The notes under the pieces: generated by a model | Databases searched by the model: none | Told to the model about the DNA's origin: nothing | The model's input: only the letters and a program-made list of their open reading frames with translations | Made by a program: the position numbers and the translations under genes | Part shown: positions 1-9,197 of the stretch, one piece after another | How the letters are laid out: each line of letters opens with the position of its first letter | Numbering within the stretch: the first letter of the stretch is position 1 | Assembly: GCA_036677065.1 (NCBI GenBank) | Contig: JAKFBS010000002.1 | Coordinates: forward strand, 640,001 to 704,000 | Length of the DNA stretch: 64,000 bases | Origin: Bdellovibrio sp. | GTDB lineage: Bacteria; Bdellovibrionota; Bdellovibrionia; Bdellovibrionales; Bdellovibrionaceae | Reading direction: 5' to 3'

Positions 1-2
1 TG

Positions 3-323
3 ATTGCTTTTAGATACCTACAGGGTTTAAAAGCCCACGATGTAGATACTGTGGTATTAGGTTGCACGCACTACCCGTTATTAAAAATCTCGATTCAAAA
101 AGTTTTTGGTAATCACGTAAATCTTGTCGATTCAGGCGAAGCGATCGCTAAATTATTAGCTGAAGACATGACTAAAAATCGGGTGATAAAAAACAACCAA
201 CCTTCAGATAAATTATTAATTTGTCTGACTGATGCTGGATCGCAATTTGAAAAATTGGCGCTTTCTTTAGTGGGTGATTTCACTGAACAAAAGATCGTTT
301 TCGAAACAGTTTCTGTCATTTGA
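3..323 (+). CDS. murI: Glutamate racemase, 3' part (truncated by window start)
   Basis: Open frame from the window edge: [15 protein letters not shown] and LVDSGEAIA are MurI C-terminal catalytic-Cys motifs; stop TGA at 321-323. Confidence 0.9.
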   Translation: MAFRYLQGLKAHDVDTVVLGCTHYPLLKISIQKVFGNHVNLVDSGEAIAKLLAEDMTKNRVIKNNQPSDKLLICLTDAGSQFEKLALSLVGDFTEQKIVFETVSVI

Positions 324-392
324 TGATTTTTTTTACACCCTAAACTCACCTAACCGCATATATTATCTTAAGTCTTGGCGCGGTCTCTGCTT
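298..392 (+). repeat. Degenerate direct repeat, copy 1 (murI 3' end plus sigma54-like promoter)
   Basis: GAAACAGTTTCTGTCATtTGAtGATtTTTTTTACAC...TGGCGCGGTCTCTGCTT recurs at 1081-1178. Confidence 0.85.
376..390 (+). promoter_or_regulatory. Sigma54 (-24/-12)-like promoter
   Basis: TGGCGCGGTCTCTGC has GG-N10-GC spacing; 15 nt upstream of ATG 406. Confidence 0.65.
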
Positions 393-405
393 ATTATTCT
401 TACGC

Positions 406-1074
406 ATGAAAGCTTTAACCGCTAAAATTTTAATTCTAATACCGGCAATACTTGTGACGTTGGCTTCATGTTCACCAAGTGAAAAGCCCAACGAGGCTGC
501 ACCTGTTCCTGCTGTAGAGCCCTCTATGCAAGTCGGCGACATTATCTTTCACAAAAGCAAATCGCAGCAGTCTAAAGCTATTCATGAAGCTGCAGAATCT
601 GAATGGACGCACGTTGGCCTTATCGTCTCTAAAAATGGCGAATGGTATGTGGCTGAAGCCATCGGCCCGGTCGTATCGACTAAGCTTCAGGATTTCATCA
701 ACCGTGGTAAAGACAAAGAATATAAAATCTATCGTTTCAAATATTTTAACGCCGAAACTATGGAAGCTGATTTGATCAAGGCTATTAAAAAACAAAATAA
801 AAAATATGACATTTACTTCGAGTTTTCAGACGAAAACACCTACTGCTCTGAATTAGTTTACAAAGCCATGTTAGATGTAACCGGTCATGAGCTTGGCAAA
901 ATTCAACAGTTTAAAGACTTAAAACTTGAAGGTCCTTACGTCAAAGATATGATTAAAAAACGCCTGACTGATAAAGGCCGTGTGTTAGATCCAGAAGAGT
1001 TAATTATTACTCCGATTTCACAGATGTTTGATGCTAATTTAACTCTGGTCAAAGAAGTTCTTAAAAACCGCTAA
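406..1074 (+). CDS. YiiX/YebB-like permuted papain (NlpC/P60) amidase, lipoprotein
   Basis: GDIIFH, WTHVG, KKYD and TYCSELV motifs; lipobox LASC; start moved from 274 to ATG 406. Confidence 0.85.
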   Translation: MKALTAKILILIPAILVTLASCSPSEKPNEAAPVPAVEPSMQVGDIIFHKSKSQQSKAIHEAAESEWTHVGLIVSKNGEWYVAEAIGPVVSTKLQDFINRGKDKEYKIYRFKYFNAETMEADLIKAIKKQNKKYDIYFEFSDENTYCSELVYKAMLDVTGHELGKIQQFKDLKLEGPYVKDMIKKRLTDKGRVLDPEELIITPISQMFDANLTLVKEVLKNR

Positions 1075-1080
1075 CGACTG

Positions 1081-1178
1081 CTTTTGAAACAGTTTCTGTC
1101 ATCTGACGATCTTTTTTACACTCAAAAGGGCCTCTAGCCGTGTTAAATTACAGCTAACACATGGCGCGGTCTCTGCTT
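1081..1178 (+). repeat. Degenerate direct repeat, copy 2
   Basis: TTTGAAACAGTTTCTGTCATCTGA reads FETVSVI*, the same as the murI end, followed by the same TGGCGCGGTCTCTGCTT box. Confidence 0.85.
1162..1176 (+). promoter_or_regulatory. Sigma54-like promoter
   Basis: TGGCGCGGTCTCTGC, identical to 376-390, upstream of ATG 1197. Confidence 0.65.
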
Positions 1179-1196
1179 TAAACCTTTGGTAACTCT

Positions 1197-2903
1197 ATGA
1201 AAGCAGTACGTATGAAACCGACTATGTCTAAAATTCCAGTTCTATTACTTAGCCTAATTATGGCTTTATCGGCCTGTGCACCAAGCACTCAGCGCGCAAG
1301 CAATACAGGTAAAAACCAAGAATCCGGCATCACCAATGGCGAAGATGAACTTCCGCCCGTTGTTGAACAAGATCTAGTTTCAAACACTGATAATTTTCAA
1401 AAACTATTAGAAGAACAAGGTAAAACGGCAGCAGATTACGAAACCCCTACCCAATCTATTACTAATGGTGAAGACATCATGTATGTCGGTTATACAAAAT
1501 TAAAAAACATCAAATCAGTTTATGACCGTACAAAAAACGAATTAGAAGTTTCAGGGCTAGCTGAAATCATGAATGCCGATAAAAAAACAATTCGCGTAAG
1601 CCAAACTTTTAAAATCAAAGGTAAATATAAAGCAAAGACCGGAACAATTAATCTACGCCCAGTCGATGAAGAAAAAAATGAAAACGGCGTTCAGGTTCGC
1701 GCTGTGGTAACATGTTTAAAAAGTGATTTAGACGAAAAATATGACTGCGCTCGCGCCATTATTGATTTATTTATTAAACATCAAAATAACTATTACACTG
1801 AACAGTTAGAATCGACCGCTTTTGAAAAACCAAAAATGGTTGGTGGCAAAGAAACTCCTAAGTCTCAGCCCACCGCGCCAGAAGTTAAAATCGAAATCAC
1901 TGAACCCGAAATAGTAAATCCGGTGAAAGTGACTCCTGATCAAGAGCCGGCAAAACCAGTTATTGATACAAAAATTAAAGATGCCCCCGCAGCGTCTGCG
2001 GCCGTAGTCGTTAAAGTGATCGATGAAACTAAAGAAGAAGCTGACGGCGAAGCTGTTGCTGAAGTTGAAGAAGGCGATGATGGCGCTATCCAAGGCCGTT
2101 ACGAAGGTAAAGCCGCATTAGTTAAATTAGCTAAATTATTCTTAACACCAAAAGATATCGAAGAATTAGATTCAGACGATGAAGATGACGACCAAGTTGA
2201 AGATAAAAAACAAGCGGTCACTCCTGAAGTAAAAAAAGACACTCAAGGCCGCCTAAAGTTAACGAATCAAGCTATCGGAAGCCCTGATCAAGGCAGACTT
2301 CGTAATGCTTCGTTTTTAAAAACGCATTTAGATACTTACAACTTAACAAATAAAATCGTGATCGCGAATTCTTCGACAAAGAATTATTATGGTACACAAG
2401 AAATGATGAATGTCTTAGAGGCTGTTGGCGATAAGGCTTATTCTTTTCAACAAAATAAAATTCACATCAGCCGTATTTCTGCAAAACAAGGCGGACGCTT
2501 ACCTCCATCGGTCAGTCATCAAAACGGCATGGATGTGGATGTTGGTTACCCGACGGTTCAGGGCCGAGTTGGCTTTCCGATTGTGGCCTCTGGCGGATCA
2601 ATGAAAAAATCTGATTTTTCGATCGCTAAAACTTTAGAGTTATTTAAATTTATTATGACTCAGACGGTTTCTCCGGTCGATCGCTTATTCGTAGACCAAT
2701 CAATCATTAATAGACTTTGTAAAGAGGCTAAAGACAGTGGTCGTTTTAAAGGTTCTGAGCGCGCAGCTTTTGTGAAATTATTTGAAAACATGCAGCACGT
2801 TGCAGGACATGGAAATCACTTTCACATGCGCCTACGTTGTACACCGAACCAACCAGATTGCCGTCACAAAATTTATAGAAAAATGAATAACTGCGCAGGC
2901 TAA
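1197..2903 (+). CDS. Lipoprotein with C-terminal penicillin-insensitive murein endopeptidase (MepA-like) domain
   Basis: Lipobox LSAC; IGSPDQGRLRNA, YYGT, GGRLPPSVSHQNGMDVD and GHGNHFHMRL zinc motifs; long acidic/Pro linker. Confidence 0.8.
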   Translation: MKAVRMKPTMSKIPVLLLSLIMALSACAPSTQRASNTGKNQESGITNGEDELPPVVEQDLVSNTDNFQKLLEEQGKTAADYETPTQSITNGEDIMYVGYTKLKNIKSVYDRTKNELEVSGLAEIMNADKKTIRVSQTFKIKGKYKAKTGTINLRPVDEEKNENGVQVRAVVTCLKSDLDEKYDCARAIIDLFIKHQNNYYTEQLESTAFEKPKMVGGKETPKSQPTAPEVKIEITEPEIVNPVKVTPDQEPAKPVIDTKIKDAPAASAAVVVKVIDETKEEADGEAVAEVEEGDDGAIQGRYEGKAALVKLAKLFLTPKDIEELDSDDEDDDQVEDKKQAVTPEVKKDTQGRLKLTNQAIGSPDQGRLRNASFLKTHLDTYNLTNKIVIANSSTKNYYGTQEMMNVLEAVGDKAYSFQQNKIHISRISAKQGGRLPPSVSHQNGMDVDVGYPTVQGRVGFPIVASGGSMKKSDFSIAKTLELFKFIMTQTVSPVDRLFVDQSIINRLCKEAKDSGRFKGSERAAFVKLFENMQHVAGHGNHFHMRLRCTPNQPDCRHKIYRKMNNCAG

Positions 2904-2912
2904 AAGCTACGC

Positions 2913-4094
2913 TTAGATAAACACTTCAGCTGCGATATTTTTTAGATTATAGGTGCTTGCCATACTGCGAACGTAAGCACCGCAATCTGCCATCACTAAT
3001 AAATCCATCTCTTTAGTTTCATATAATTCGAAATTTTTATGAAACACATCTGATGATTCACAGATTGGCCCGACTAAAGAGTAATTTAACTTCGCATCAG
3101 AATGTTTTTTCAAATTATAAAAATGGTGATGCGCTTGGTATAATGATGGGCGCATATTATTATTCATTCCAAGATCAAGAACTAACATATTTTTATTTTT
3201 AATATACTGCACCTGACAGATAAACACCGCAGACCTTGCCACGATAAAACGGCCAAGCTCAGATAAAACATCAGCGTTGAAATCTTTTAATGAATCTTCG
3301 TACGCTGATTTTAATAAATTCCAACGTTCGAAATCCAGATCTAAATCATGAGATTTGTAATCAACGCCTAATCCCCCACCCACATCAAAACGATCTAAGT
3401 TTGGAAATTGTTTTTTTAAATCTAAAAAATAAACTTTCATTTTTTCAACAGATTCTTTAAATACCATTGGATCAAGAATTTGCGAGCCGATATGAAAAGA
3501 TAAACATTTAAATTCAACTAATGGATTTTTCTTAATCACATCTAAACATTCAGGCACATCATTTAAATCAATGCCGAATTTAGAATCTTTAAGTGCTGTT
3601 GAAATGTAGGGATGCGTTGGCGTGTCGATTAAGGGATTTACACGCAAGCCCACGCTGATTTTTTTATTTTTATGGGTGGCGATTTCACTGATACGGCGAA
3701 GTTCTGCCGCAGATTCTACGTTGATCTGATAAATTTGTTGATCAATCGCAAATTCAATCTCGGCAATGGTTTTACCAACACCAGAAAAAATAAAATCTTT
3801 CGGGCTAAAACCGCAATCAAGGCCATGCTTAATTTCACCAAGGCTTACCACATCAAGGCCACAGCCCCCGTCTTTAAATAGTTTTAATATTTCAGGGTGG
3901 TAATTCGATTTCATCGCAAAATGCAGCTGTTTAAGCTTTGTCCAAGACTTAACCCAGGCAATACGTTCACTGATCAGTGATTTTTGATACACCAAGACAG
4001 GCTCTTGGTAGTTAGAAACTACTGGTAAAGCGCTTAATTTAGCGCCAGCAAAGTGGAGTTCGTTATTCTGATAGGTGAATAGTTCGCGTGACAT
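2913..4094 (-). CDS. lysA: Diaminopimelate decarboxylase
   Basis: FAMKSN (PLP lysine), DVVSLGE, SKFG, HIGSQ, DVGGG, GPICESSD, GAY. Confidence 0.95.
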   Translation of the reverse strand: MSRELFTYQNNELHFAGAKLSALPVVSNYQEPVLVYQKSLISERIAWVKSWTKLKQLHFAMKSNYHPEILKLFKDGGCGLDVVSLGEIKHGLDCGFSPKDFIFSGVGKTIAEIEFAIDQQIYQINVESAAELRRISEIATHKNKKISVGLRVNPLIDTPTHPYISTALKDSKFGIDLNDVPECLDVIKKNPLVEFKCLSFHIGSQILDPMVFKESVEKMKVYFLDLKKQFPNLDRFDVGGGLGVDYKSHDLDLDFERWNLLKSAYEDSLKDFNADVLSELGRFIVARSAVFICQVQYIKNKNMLVLDLGMNNNMRPSLYQAHHHFYNLKKHSDAKLNYSLVGPICESSDVFHKNFELYETKEMDLLVMADCGAYVRSMASTYNLKNIAAEVFI

Positions 4095-4111
4095 TTCAGC
4101 TATCTTAGCTA

Positions 4112-4786
4112 ATGATCTTAAGAATGAAAATGATTAATTTAGGTTACACAAAATTAGGTCTTCCGCTTCATGGATATCATTTTACTCCTGTATCGGGTAA
4201 AGCTAAAAACCGCGCCCTTGTTATCGGCGGCATTCACGGTGATGAGCCAGAAGGCGTTGTCGCAACGCGCGGCTTACTCGATTCATTCTTAAAAAACTAC
4301 ACTTTAGATTTAGAATTAGTGTTGGTTCCTGAAATGAACCCTGAAGGTGTATTACTTAAAACACGTGGTAATTCAAATAAAGTAGATCTTAATCGCAATA
4401 TGGCGACAAAAGATTGGTCTCCGGTTGCAGCTAGCGAACGCTATCACCCAGGCCCTGCTCCGATGAGCGAACTTGAAAATCAGTTATTAGCTAAATTTAT
4501 TGAAGACTTCAAACCGACCGTTATTTTTTCGCTGCATTCATGGAAGCCGATGTTAAACACCAATGGTGTTTTACCAGAAGCAGACGCTATCGCCAAAATC
4601 ACAGGATACGAAATTCACCCCGATATCGGCTACCCGACACCTGGTTCACTTGGCACCTGGGCAGGCTTTGAAAGAAACATTCCCACATTAACTTATGAAG
4701 TTGAACGCGATATTTCATTTAAACCCATTATTGATATTCATGTGCCAGCGATCATCGAAGGCCTAAAAATCACAGCCCAAAGGTAA
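4112..4786 (+). CDS. M14 zinc peptidase, murein-peptide amidase (MpaA-like)
   Basis: GIHGDE, NPEG, RGNSNKVDLNRN, SLHS, GYPTPGSLGTW, TYE; true start may be a few codons later. Confidence 0.8.
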   Translation: MILRMKMINLGYTKLGLPLHGYHFTPVSGKAKNRALVIGGIHGDEPEGVVATRGLLDSFLKNYTLDLELVLVPEMNPEGVLLKTRGNSNKVDLNRNMATKDWSPVAASERYHPGPAPMSELENQLLAKFIEDFKPTVIFSLHSWKPMLNTNGVLPEADAIAKITGYEIHPDIGYPTPGSLGTWAGFERNIPTLTYEVERDISFKPIIDIHVPAIIEGLKITAQR

Positions 4787-4817
4787 ACAAGTCGTGTCGA
4801 AGACACGCGGAGAAACA

Positions 4818-5633
4818 ATGAAACAAGACATTCTTAAATTACACCAAACATTAGCCGACAATAAAGACTACCAAATCTCAGCTTTCGATAAAGAATTGAT
4901 CTTAAACGCGATGAATGAGCTAGATACCGGTAAAATCCGCGTTTCAGAAAAAGTAGAAGGCCAATGGATCACCAATGAATGGGTTAAAAAATCTATTCTT
5001 TTATATTTTCGTATCACGACAAATAAAGTGATCAACTCTGGTGATTTATCTTACTTTGATAAGATTCCCGTTAAAAAATTTGGCGAAGCCAATGGCGTTC
5101 GTGTTGTTCCGCAAGCGATCGCGCGTTTTGGTTCTTTCATTGAAGCAGGCGCAATACTTATGCCTTCGTATGTAAATATCGGAGCTTACGTAGGTTCGGG
5201 CACAATGGTTGATACCTGGGCCACGGTTGGATCATGCGCCCAAGTGGGAAAAAATGTTCACTTATCTGGTGGTGTTGGTCTTGGCGGAGTTTTAGAACCG
5301 GCACAAGCACAACCGGTTATTGTTGAAGATGATTGTTTTGTTGGTAGCCGTTGCATCGTGGTTGAAGGTGTTCATCTTGAACCCGGTGTTGTGTTAGGTG
5401 CTGGTGTTACAATTACGGCTTCGACAAAAATTATTGATGTGACTCAAAAAGATGTGGTTTACAAAGGCCGCGTTCCTGCAAATTCTGTAGTGATTCCGGG
5501 TGTTGAGATGAAAACTTACCCTGCTGGAACATACGGTGTACCTGCAGCTTTAATTATTGGACTTCGAAAAGAATCAACGAATAAAAAAACATCGTTAAAC
5601 GATGCACTTCGTGATTTTAACGTTAGTGTTTAG
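4818..5633 (+). CDS. dapD: Tetrahydrodipicolinate N-succinyltransferase
   Basis: WVKKSILLYF, MPSYVNIGAYV, DTWATVGSCAQVG, GGVLEP; RBS GGAG before ATG 4818. Confidence 0.95.
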   Translation: MKQDILKLHQTLADNKDYQISAFDKELILNAMNELDTGKIRVSEKVEGQWITNEWVKKSILLYFRITTNKVINSGDLSYFDKIPVKKFGEANGVRVVPQAIARFGSFIEAGAILMPSYVNIGAYVGSGTMVDTWATVGSCAQVGKNVHLSGGVGLGGVLEPAQAQPVIVEDDCFVGSRCIVVEGVHLEPGVVLGAGVTITASTKIIDVTQKDVVYKGRVPANSVVIPGVEMKTYPAGTYGVPAALIIGLRKESTNKKTSLNDALRDFNVSV

Positions 5634-6861
5634 ATTTTAAAAGAATGGCCGGTTCGATTTTCAAAGAAGCTCGAGCCGGAATATAACAGCCAACAACCGC
5701 AAGTGCTGTTACGCCCAAGACCACATAAAAAGTAAATACCGGATTCACTAACGCCGGAATCGAAGAATCATAATAAACCGCAGGCAAAATATTTAAGGGG
5801 TAATACTGCAGATAATATCCTGCAGCTACGCCAACGAAGGTTCCTAAAAACAACCCTGATAATGAAATCCATAAGCCCATCATTAAAAATAACATCAGCG
5901 TATTTTTTGATGAATAGCCAAGGGTTTTAATAATCGCGATATCTAATTTTTTTTGCGACATAATAAGAGCTAACACTGTTAAAATTGAAGACGACGCAAT
6001 TAATCCCGCAAGCCCTAGAAATACCCCGATCATGGTTTTTTCCATAAACAGGGCAAAAAATAAATCCGAGTTTTTTTGCTGCCAAGATTCAACGTGCTCA
6101 AAACCTTGGGCTTCTAAACTGGTTCTTAGCGGCTCCATTTGGTTGATATCTTTTAACCACACATGATAACCGCTGGTCTTAGACGGACTTTGTCGTAGTG
6201 ATTTGATCGATAAGTCTTTATTAAAAAATAATAATTTTGAATCAAGATCATATAAATCGGTCGTTACAATTCTACGAATAGTGGCCTTTTCAAAAATCGG
6301 AGCTTCCATAGAGCTCAACAACAAACTCTCGGCCGGAATCAGTGTGACCATGTCACCTTCTAACAACCCAAGAGATCTGGCCAGATCAATCCCCACCGCG
6401 ATTTCATTAGCCTGAAGTTCTAGATCGATATCAAGTGATGGATCATAAAACACAAACCTTGGATCTTGGTTACTTACTTTTAAATCTTTAAGTTGTTTAA
6501 ACCAAAAACTAATTCCCGCTTGGTCATACCCGATCGCACTGGTTCCGCGAAATTGGCCATCCACTGTTCGAAGCATTAGATCATAACTCTCGTAAGGAAT
6601 AACCGACATGTCATTGGTTGAAGGAATCTCGGCTAAAACCTTTTCTTTTTTAATGATATTTAAATGCGGGTCTAAAGCTAAGATACGGTTTTTGATATTG
6701 TGGTTCATGCCATTCATGACAAAAAGCACCAAGAAAAAGATCGCGACACTTAAAGTAATGGCGATAAACGATAGTAACGAAATCCGGCGAATCAACGAAG
6801 CTGATCTGTTGGAAATAATTAATTTAGTTAAAAAGAAATAACTTAACGAATCTCGCAGCAT
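5623..6861 (-). CDS. LolC/E (FtsX-like) ABC transporter permease
   Basis: N-terminal TM plus VMNG, periplasmic domain, three C-terminal TMs, IAIIKTLG, PARASLKIEP. Confidence 0.85.
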   Translation of the reverse strand: MLRDSLSYFFLTKLIISNRSASLIRRISLLSFIAITLSVAIFFLVLFVMNGMNHNIKNRILALDPHLNIIKKEKVLAEIPSTNDMSVIPYESYDLMLRTVDGQFRGTSAIGYDQAGISFWFKQLKDLKVSNQDPRFVFYDPSLDIDLELQANEIAVGIDLARSLGLLEGDMVTLIPAESLLLSSMEAPIFEKATIRRIVTTDLYDLDSKLLFFNKDLSIKSLRQSPSKTSGYHVWLKDINQMEPLRTSLEAQGFEHVESWQQKNSDLFFALFMEKTMIGVFLGLAGLIASSSILTVLALIMSQKKLDIAIIKTLGYSSKNTLMLFLMMGLWISLSGLFLGTFVGVAAGYYLQYYPLNILPAVYYDSSIPALVNPVFTFYVVLGVTALAVVGCYIPARASLKIEPAILLKSKH

Positions 6862-6889
6862 GCGAGCTTATTAGAACACTTTTCTTAAT

Positions 6890-6957
6890 GATTTATCAAG
6901 GCGCAAGGAGGAGGCCCTACTAACAGTAGGCCGACGACGCGGCAACGCAGAGAAATC
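6890..6957. repeat. GC-rich intergenic palindromic element (MITE/REP-like)
   Basis: GATTT...AAATC ends with inner hairpin CCTACT-AAC-AGTAGG; single copy in this window. Confidence 0.4.
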
Positions 6958-7643
6958 TAGAAATGAGCGACTTTTTTAGTCGGCGCTGTTTCATCAAAAT
7001 AGATGATGCCTTCTTCTAAAAACAGTTTGTTATGGCCAATATGGTTCATCGCCGTTGGATGATGGTTGGTCATAAAAATGTGGCGTAAATGCCCAGCACG
7101 TTGTTTGTACTGAATAAGGTCTAAAAAGTTTAACCACTGTGCCTCTGTAAGGCCTGAGGCAGGGTCTTCTAACAAAAGCATTTGCGGATTTTTAGCAATG
7201 GCTTGAGTCATAAAAACCATCTTTTGCACGCTATAGCTGAATTTGCCTAACTCATTATTCAAATAAGGAGTTAGATCCAACTGTTCACAAATCACTTGAA
7301 GTTCTTCTGGCGTTGTAAACTGGCTCAAAAAAGCTTTCACAGTGATACTTAAATGGTGATGGCCACCCTCAAAGTATGCGCCCATAATTGAACGTGGGTC
7401 GACTTCATGTTCGTCAGCAAAAATATCCTGACCGTTCCATAAAATGCGACCCGAAGTGCATGGACGAGCACCCGATAAAAACTGTAAAAATTGTAATGAA
7501 CTATTTGGATTTGATGATTCAATCACCACCGTTTGATCTGCAGGTAATTCAAAATCTACGCTTTGTAAAACGGGATCTGTGCCCGGTTGTAAAAGAGTAA
7601 CGTTTTCTAAGTAGACTTGATTTAGATCAAATAAATTTGCCAT
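6957..7643 (-). CDS. ABC ATPase-like protein with degenerate Walker A
   Basis: Walker B LLLEDPASGL and H-loop are recognisable; Walker A position reads ESSNPNSS with no GKS/T. Confidence 0.65.
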   Translation of the reverse strand: MANLFDLNQVYLENVTLLQPGTDPVLQSVDFELPADQTVVIESSNPNSSLQFLQFLSGARPCTSGRILWNGQDIFADEHEVDPRSIMGAYFEGGHHHLSITVKAFLSQFTTPEELQVICEQLDLTPYLNNELGKFSYSVQKMVFMTQAIAKNPQMLLLEDPASGLTEAQWLNFLDLIQYKQRAGHLRHIFMTNHHPTAMNHIGHNKLFLEEGIIYFDETAPTKKVAHF

Positions 7644-7650
7644 CAAGGCT

Positions 7651-7677
7651 TTATCGGCTTATGCGCCGATAAAGTTA
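7651..7677 (-). promoter_or_regulatory. Sigma28 (FliA)-like promoter
   Basis: TAAC-N15-GCCGATAA, 7 nt before ATG 7643. Confidence 0.65.
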
Positions 7678-8234
7678 ACTAGACCGAAGACTGTATAGAA
7701 CAGTGATTTCACTAATTCTAAGGCAAAATCAAAAACTGATTGTTCTGACCTAGAATTGGCTAGCGTAAGCTTCTTGATATCGATGGTGTTCGGAAAGACA
7801 TCGCGAAAGATCGAATAAGCTCTGGCCATATGCAATTGCGAAGTCACTAATAAAACATCCTGGCATTTAAGTGATTCAACCAAAACTACAGATTGATGAG
7901 CATTACCAAAAGTTGTTTGTGATCTTTTTTCTAAGATCACATCATCGGGATTAATTTCATTATAATACGGCCAATACGGAAAAACTTCAGTGTAGGTGGC
8001 CTCTTTAAAAACCCCCGACACGATTAGTTTTTTGATGCGTTTTTGCTGAAGAAGTTCAAAGCCTTCACGGATTCTTCCGGGTGCGCCAGTTAAAACAACC
8101 GCACAATCGGCCTCAGTCGTTTGCGACCATACATTGATCGGTTCATCTTTTATTTTTTTGGCGTGAATAAATAAAATACTTACACCAATTAAAAAGAAAA
8201 CATAGAAGATCAATGATTTGGGTCTAAATGACAT
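7659..8234 (-). CDS. YdcF/DUF218 family protein
   Basis: N-terminal TM, VVLTG, LIVSG, E..SQTTFGNA, LLVTSQLHMARA. Confidence 0.85.
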   Translation of the reverse strand: MSFRPKSLIFYVFFLIGVSILFIHAKKIKDEPINVWSQTTEADCAVVLTGAPGRIREGFELLQQKRIKKLIVSGVFKEATYTEVFPYWPYYNEINPDDVILEKRSQTTFGNAHQSVVLVESLKCQDVLLVTSQLHMARAYSIFRDVFPNTIDIKKLTLANSRSEQSVFDFALELVKSLFYTVFGLVNFIGA

Positions 8235-8239
8235 CGAGC

Positions 8240-8626
8240 TTAAGCTTGTTTATGAGCAATCACTTCGATTTCAACATTCACACCTTTTGGCAAACCGGCA
8301 ACAGCTACAGTTGAACGTGCTGGTGGGTTTTGCGGAAAACGCGTGGCATAAACTTCATTGACTGCAGCAAAGTCATTCATGCTTGTTAAAAAAATCGTCG
8401 TTTTGATGATATTTGAAAATTTAAGATCAGCTTGGGTTAAAACAGCTTCGATATTTTTCAATACCATTTCTGTTTGCTGTTTAACATCGCCCGTGAACAC
8501 TTCTTGTGTTTGCGGGTTAATTGCAATCTGCCCAGAGCAGAATAAAAAGTCTCCCATTTGCACAGCTTGTGAATAAGGACCAACTGCTTTGGGAGCATTG
8601 TCTGTGTGAAGAATTGATTTAGCCAT
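8240..8626 (-). CDS. RidA/YjgF reactive-intermediate deaminase
   Basis: APKAVGPYSQA, SGQI, PPARSTV, VEIEVIA. Confidence 0.95.
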   Translation of the reverse strand: MAKSILHTDNAPKAVGPYSQAVQMGDFLFCSGQIAINPQTQEVFTGDVKQQTEMVLKNIEAVLTQADLKFSNIIKTTIFLTSMNDFAAVNEVYATRFPQNPPARSTVAVAGLPKGVNVEIEVIAHKQA

Positions 8627-8635
8627 TACGTTCTC

Positions 8636-9127
8636 CTAGAAGTAAAAAATAATACCAGCACGCAGCGGATGATCTGCAATCGTGCGGATACGGGTGTCTT
8701 TAACTGATGACAATCCTAAACCGCCCTCAAACGAAAAACCAACATTTTCTAAACCAGTTAAGAAAAACTCAATACCCATTAAAAAATTAGCTTCAAAGCC
8801 ATTTTCTTTGCCAGTCACCGGCTCTTCAAATGTCACTAAACCCAGCTGACCACCAGCGTAATAATGCAATTGGTTTTCGTGAAAAATCACATGGCGAACA
8901 CCTGCATTGATTTGAAATTTTGAATAATCTTTTTTCGTGTCGACACCGACACCGCCAGTGACAGCAGTTAAACCATTAATGTGATAGACAACGGCTAAAG
9001 AAGGCAGACTTTCAGAGGTATTATCTTTAATACCCACTCCTAAACGTTGTGGCATTTCTTTAGCCGCAACCAGTGATGAAAATAACGACACAATTGCAAG
9101 GGCAAGGAATTTTTTTGATAACTTCAT
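8636..9127 (-). CDS. Small outer-membrane beta-barrel protein
   Basis: Signal peptide, alternating strands, C-terminal GIIFYF; RBS GGAGG before ATG 9127. Confidence 0.7.
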   Translation of the reverse strand: MKLSKKFLALAIVSLFSSLVAAKEMPQRLGVGIKDNTSESLPSLAVVYHINGLTAVTGGVGVDTKKDYSKFQINAGVRHVIFHENQLHYYAGGQLGLVTFEEPVTGKENGFEANFLMGIEFFLTGLENVGFSFEGGLGLSSVKDTRIRTIADHPLRAGIIFYF

Positions 9128-9197
9128 GATAGCCTCCATCCCCTATAGGTTGACACTGCGGCGTTGGCTTGTCAGCATATTTTCTATGGAGATTCAT

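Noticed and set aside
274..405. N-terminal extensions given by the ORF track (also 9126, 21713, 45532, 47181, 47788)
   Set aside because: They overlap neighbours or promoters; downstream ATGs fit signal peptides or RBSs better
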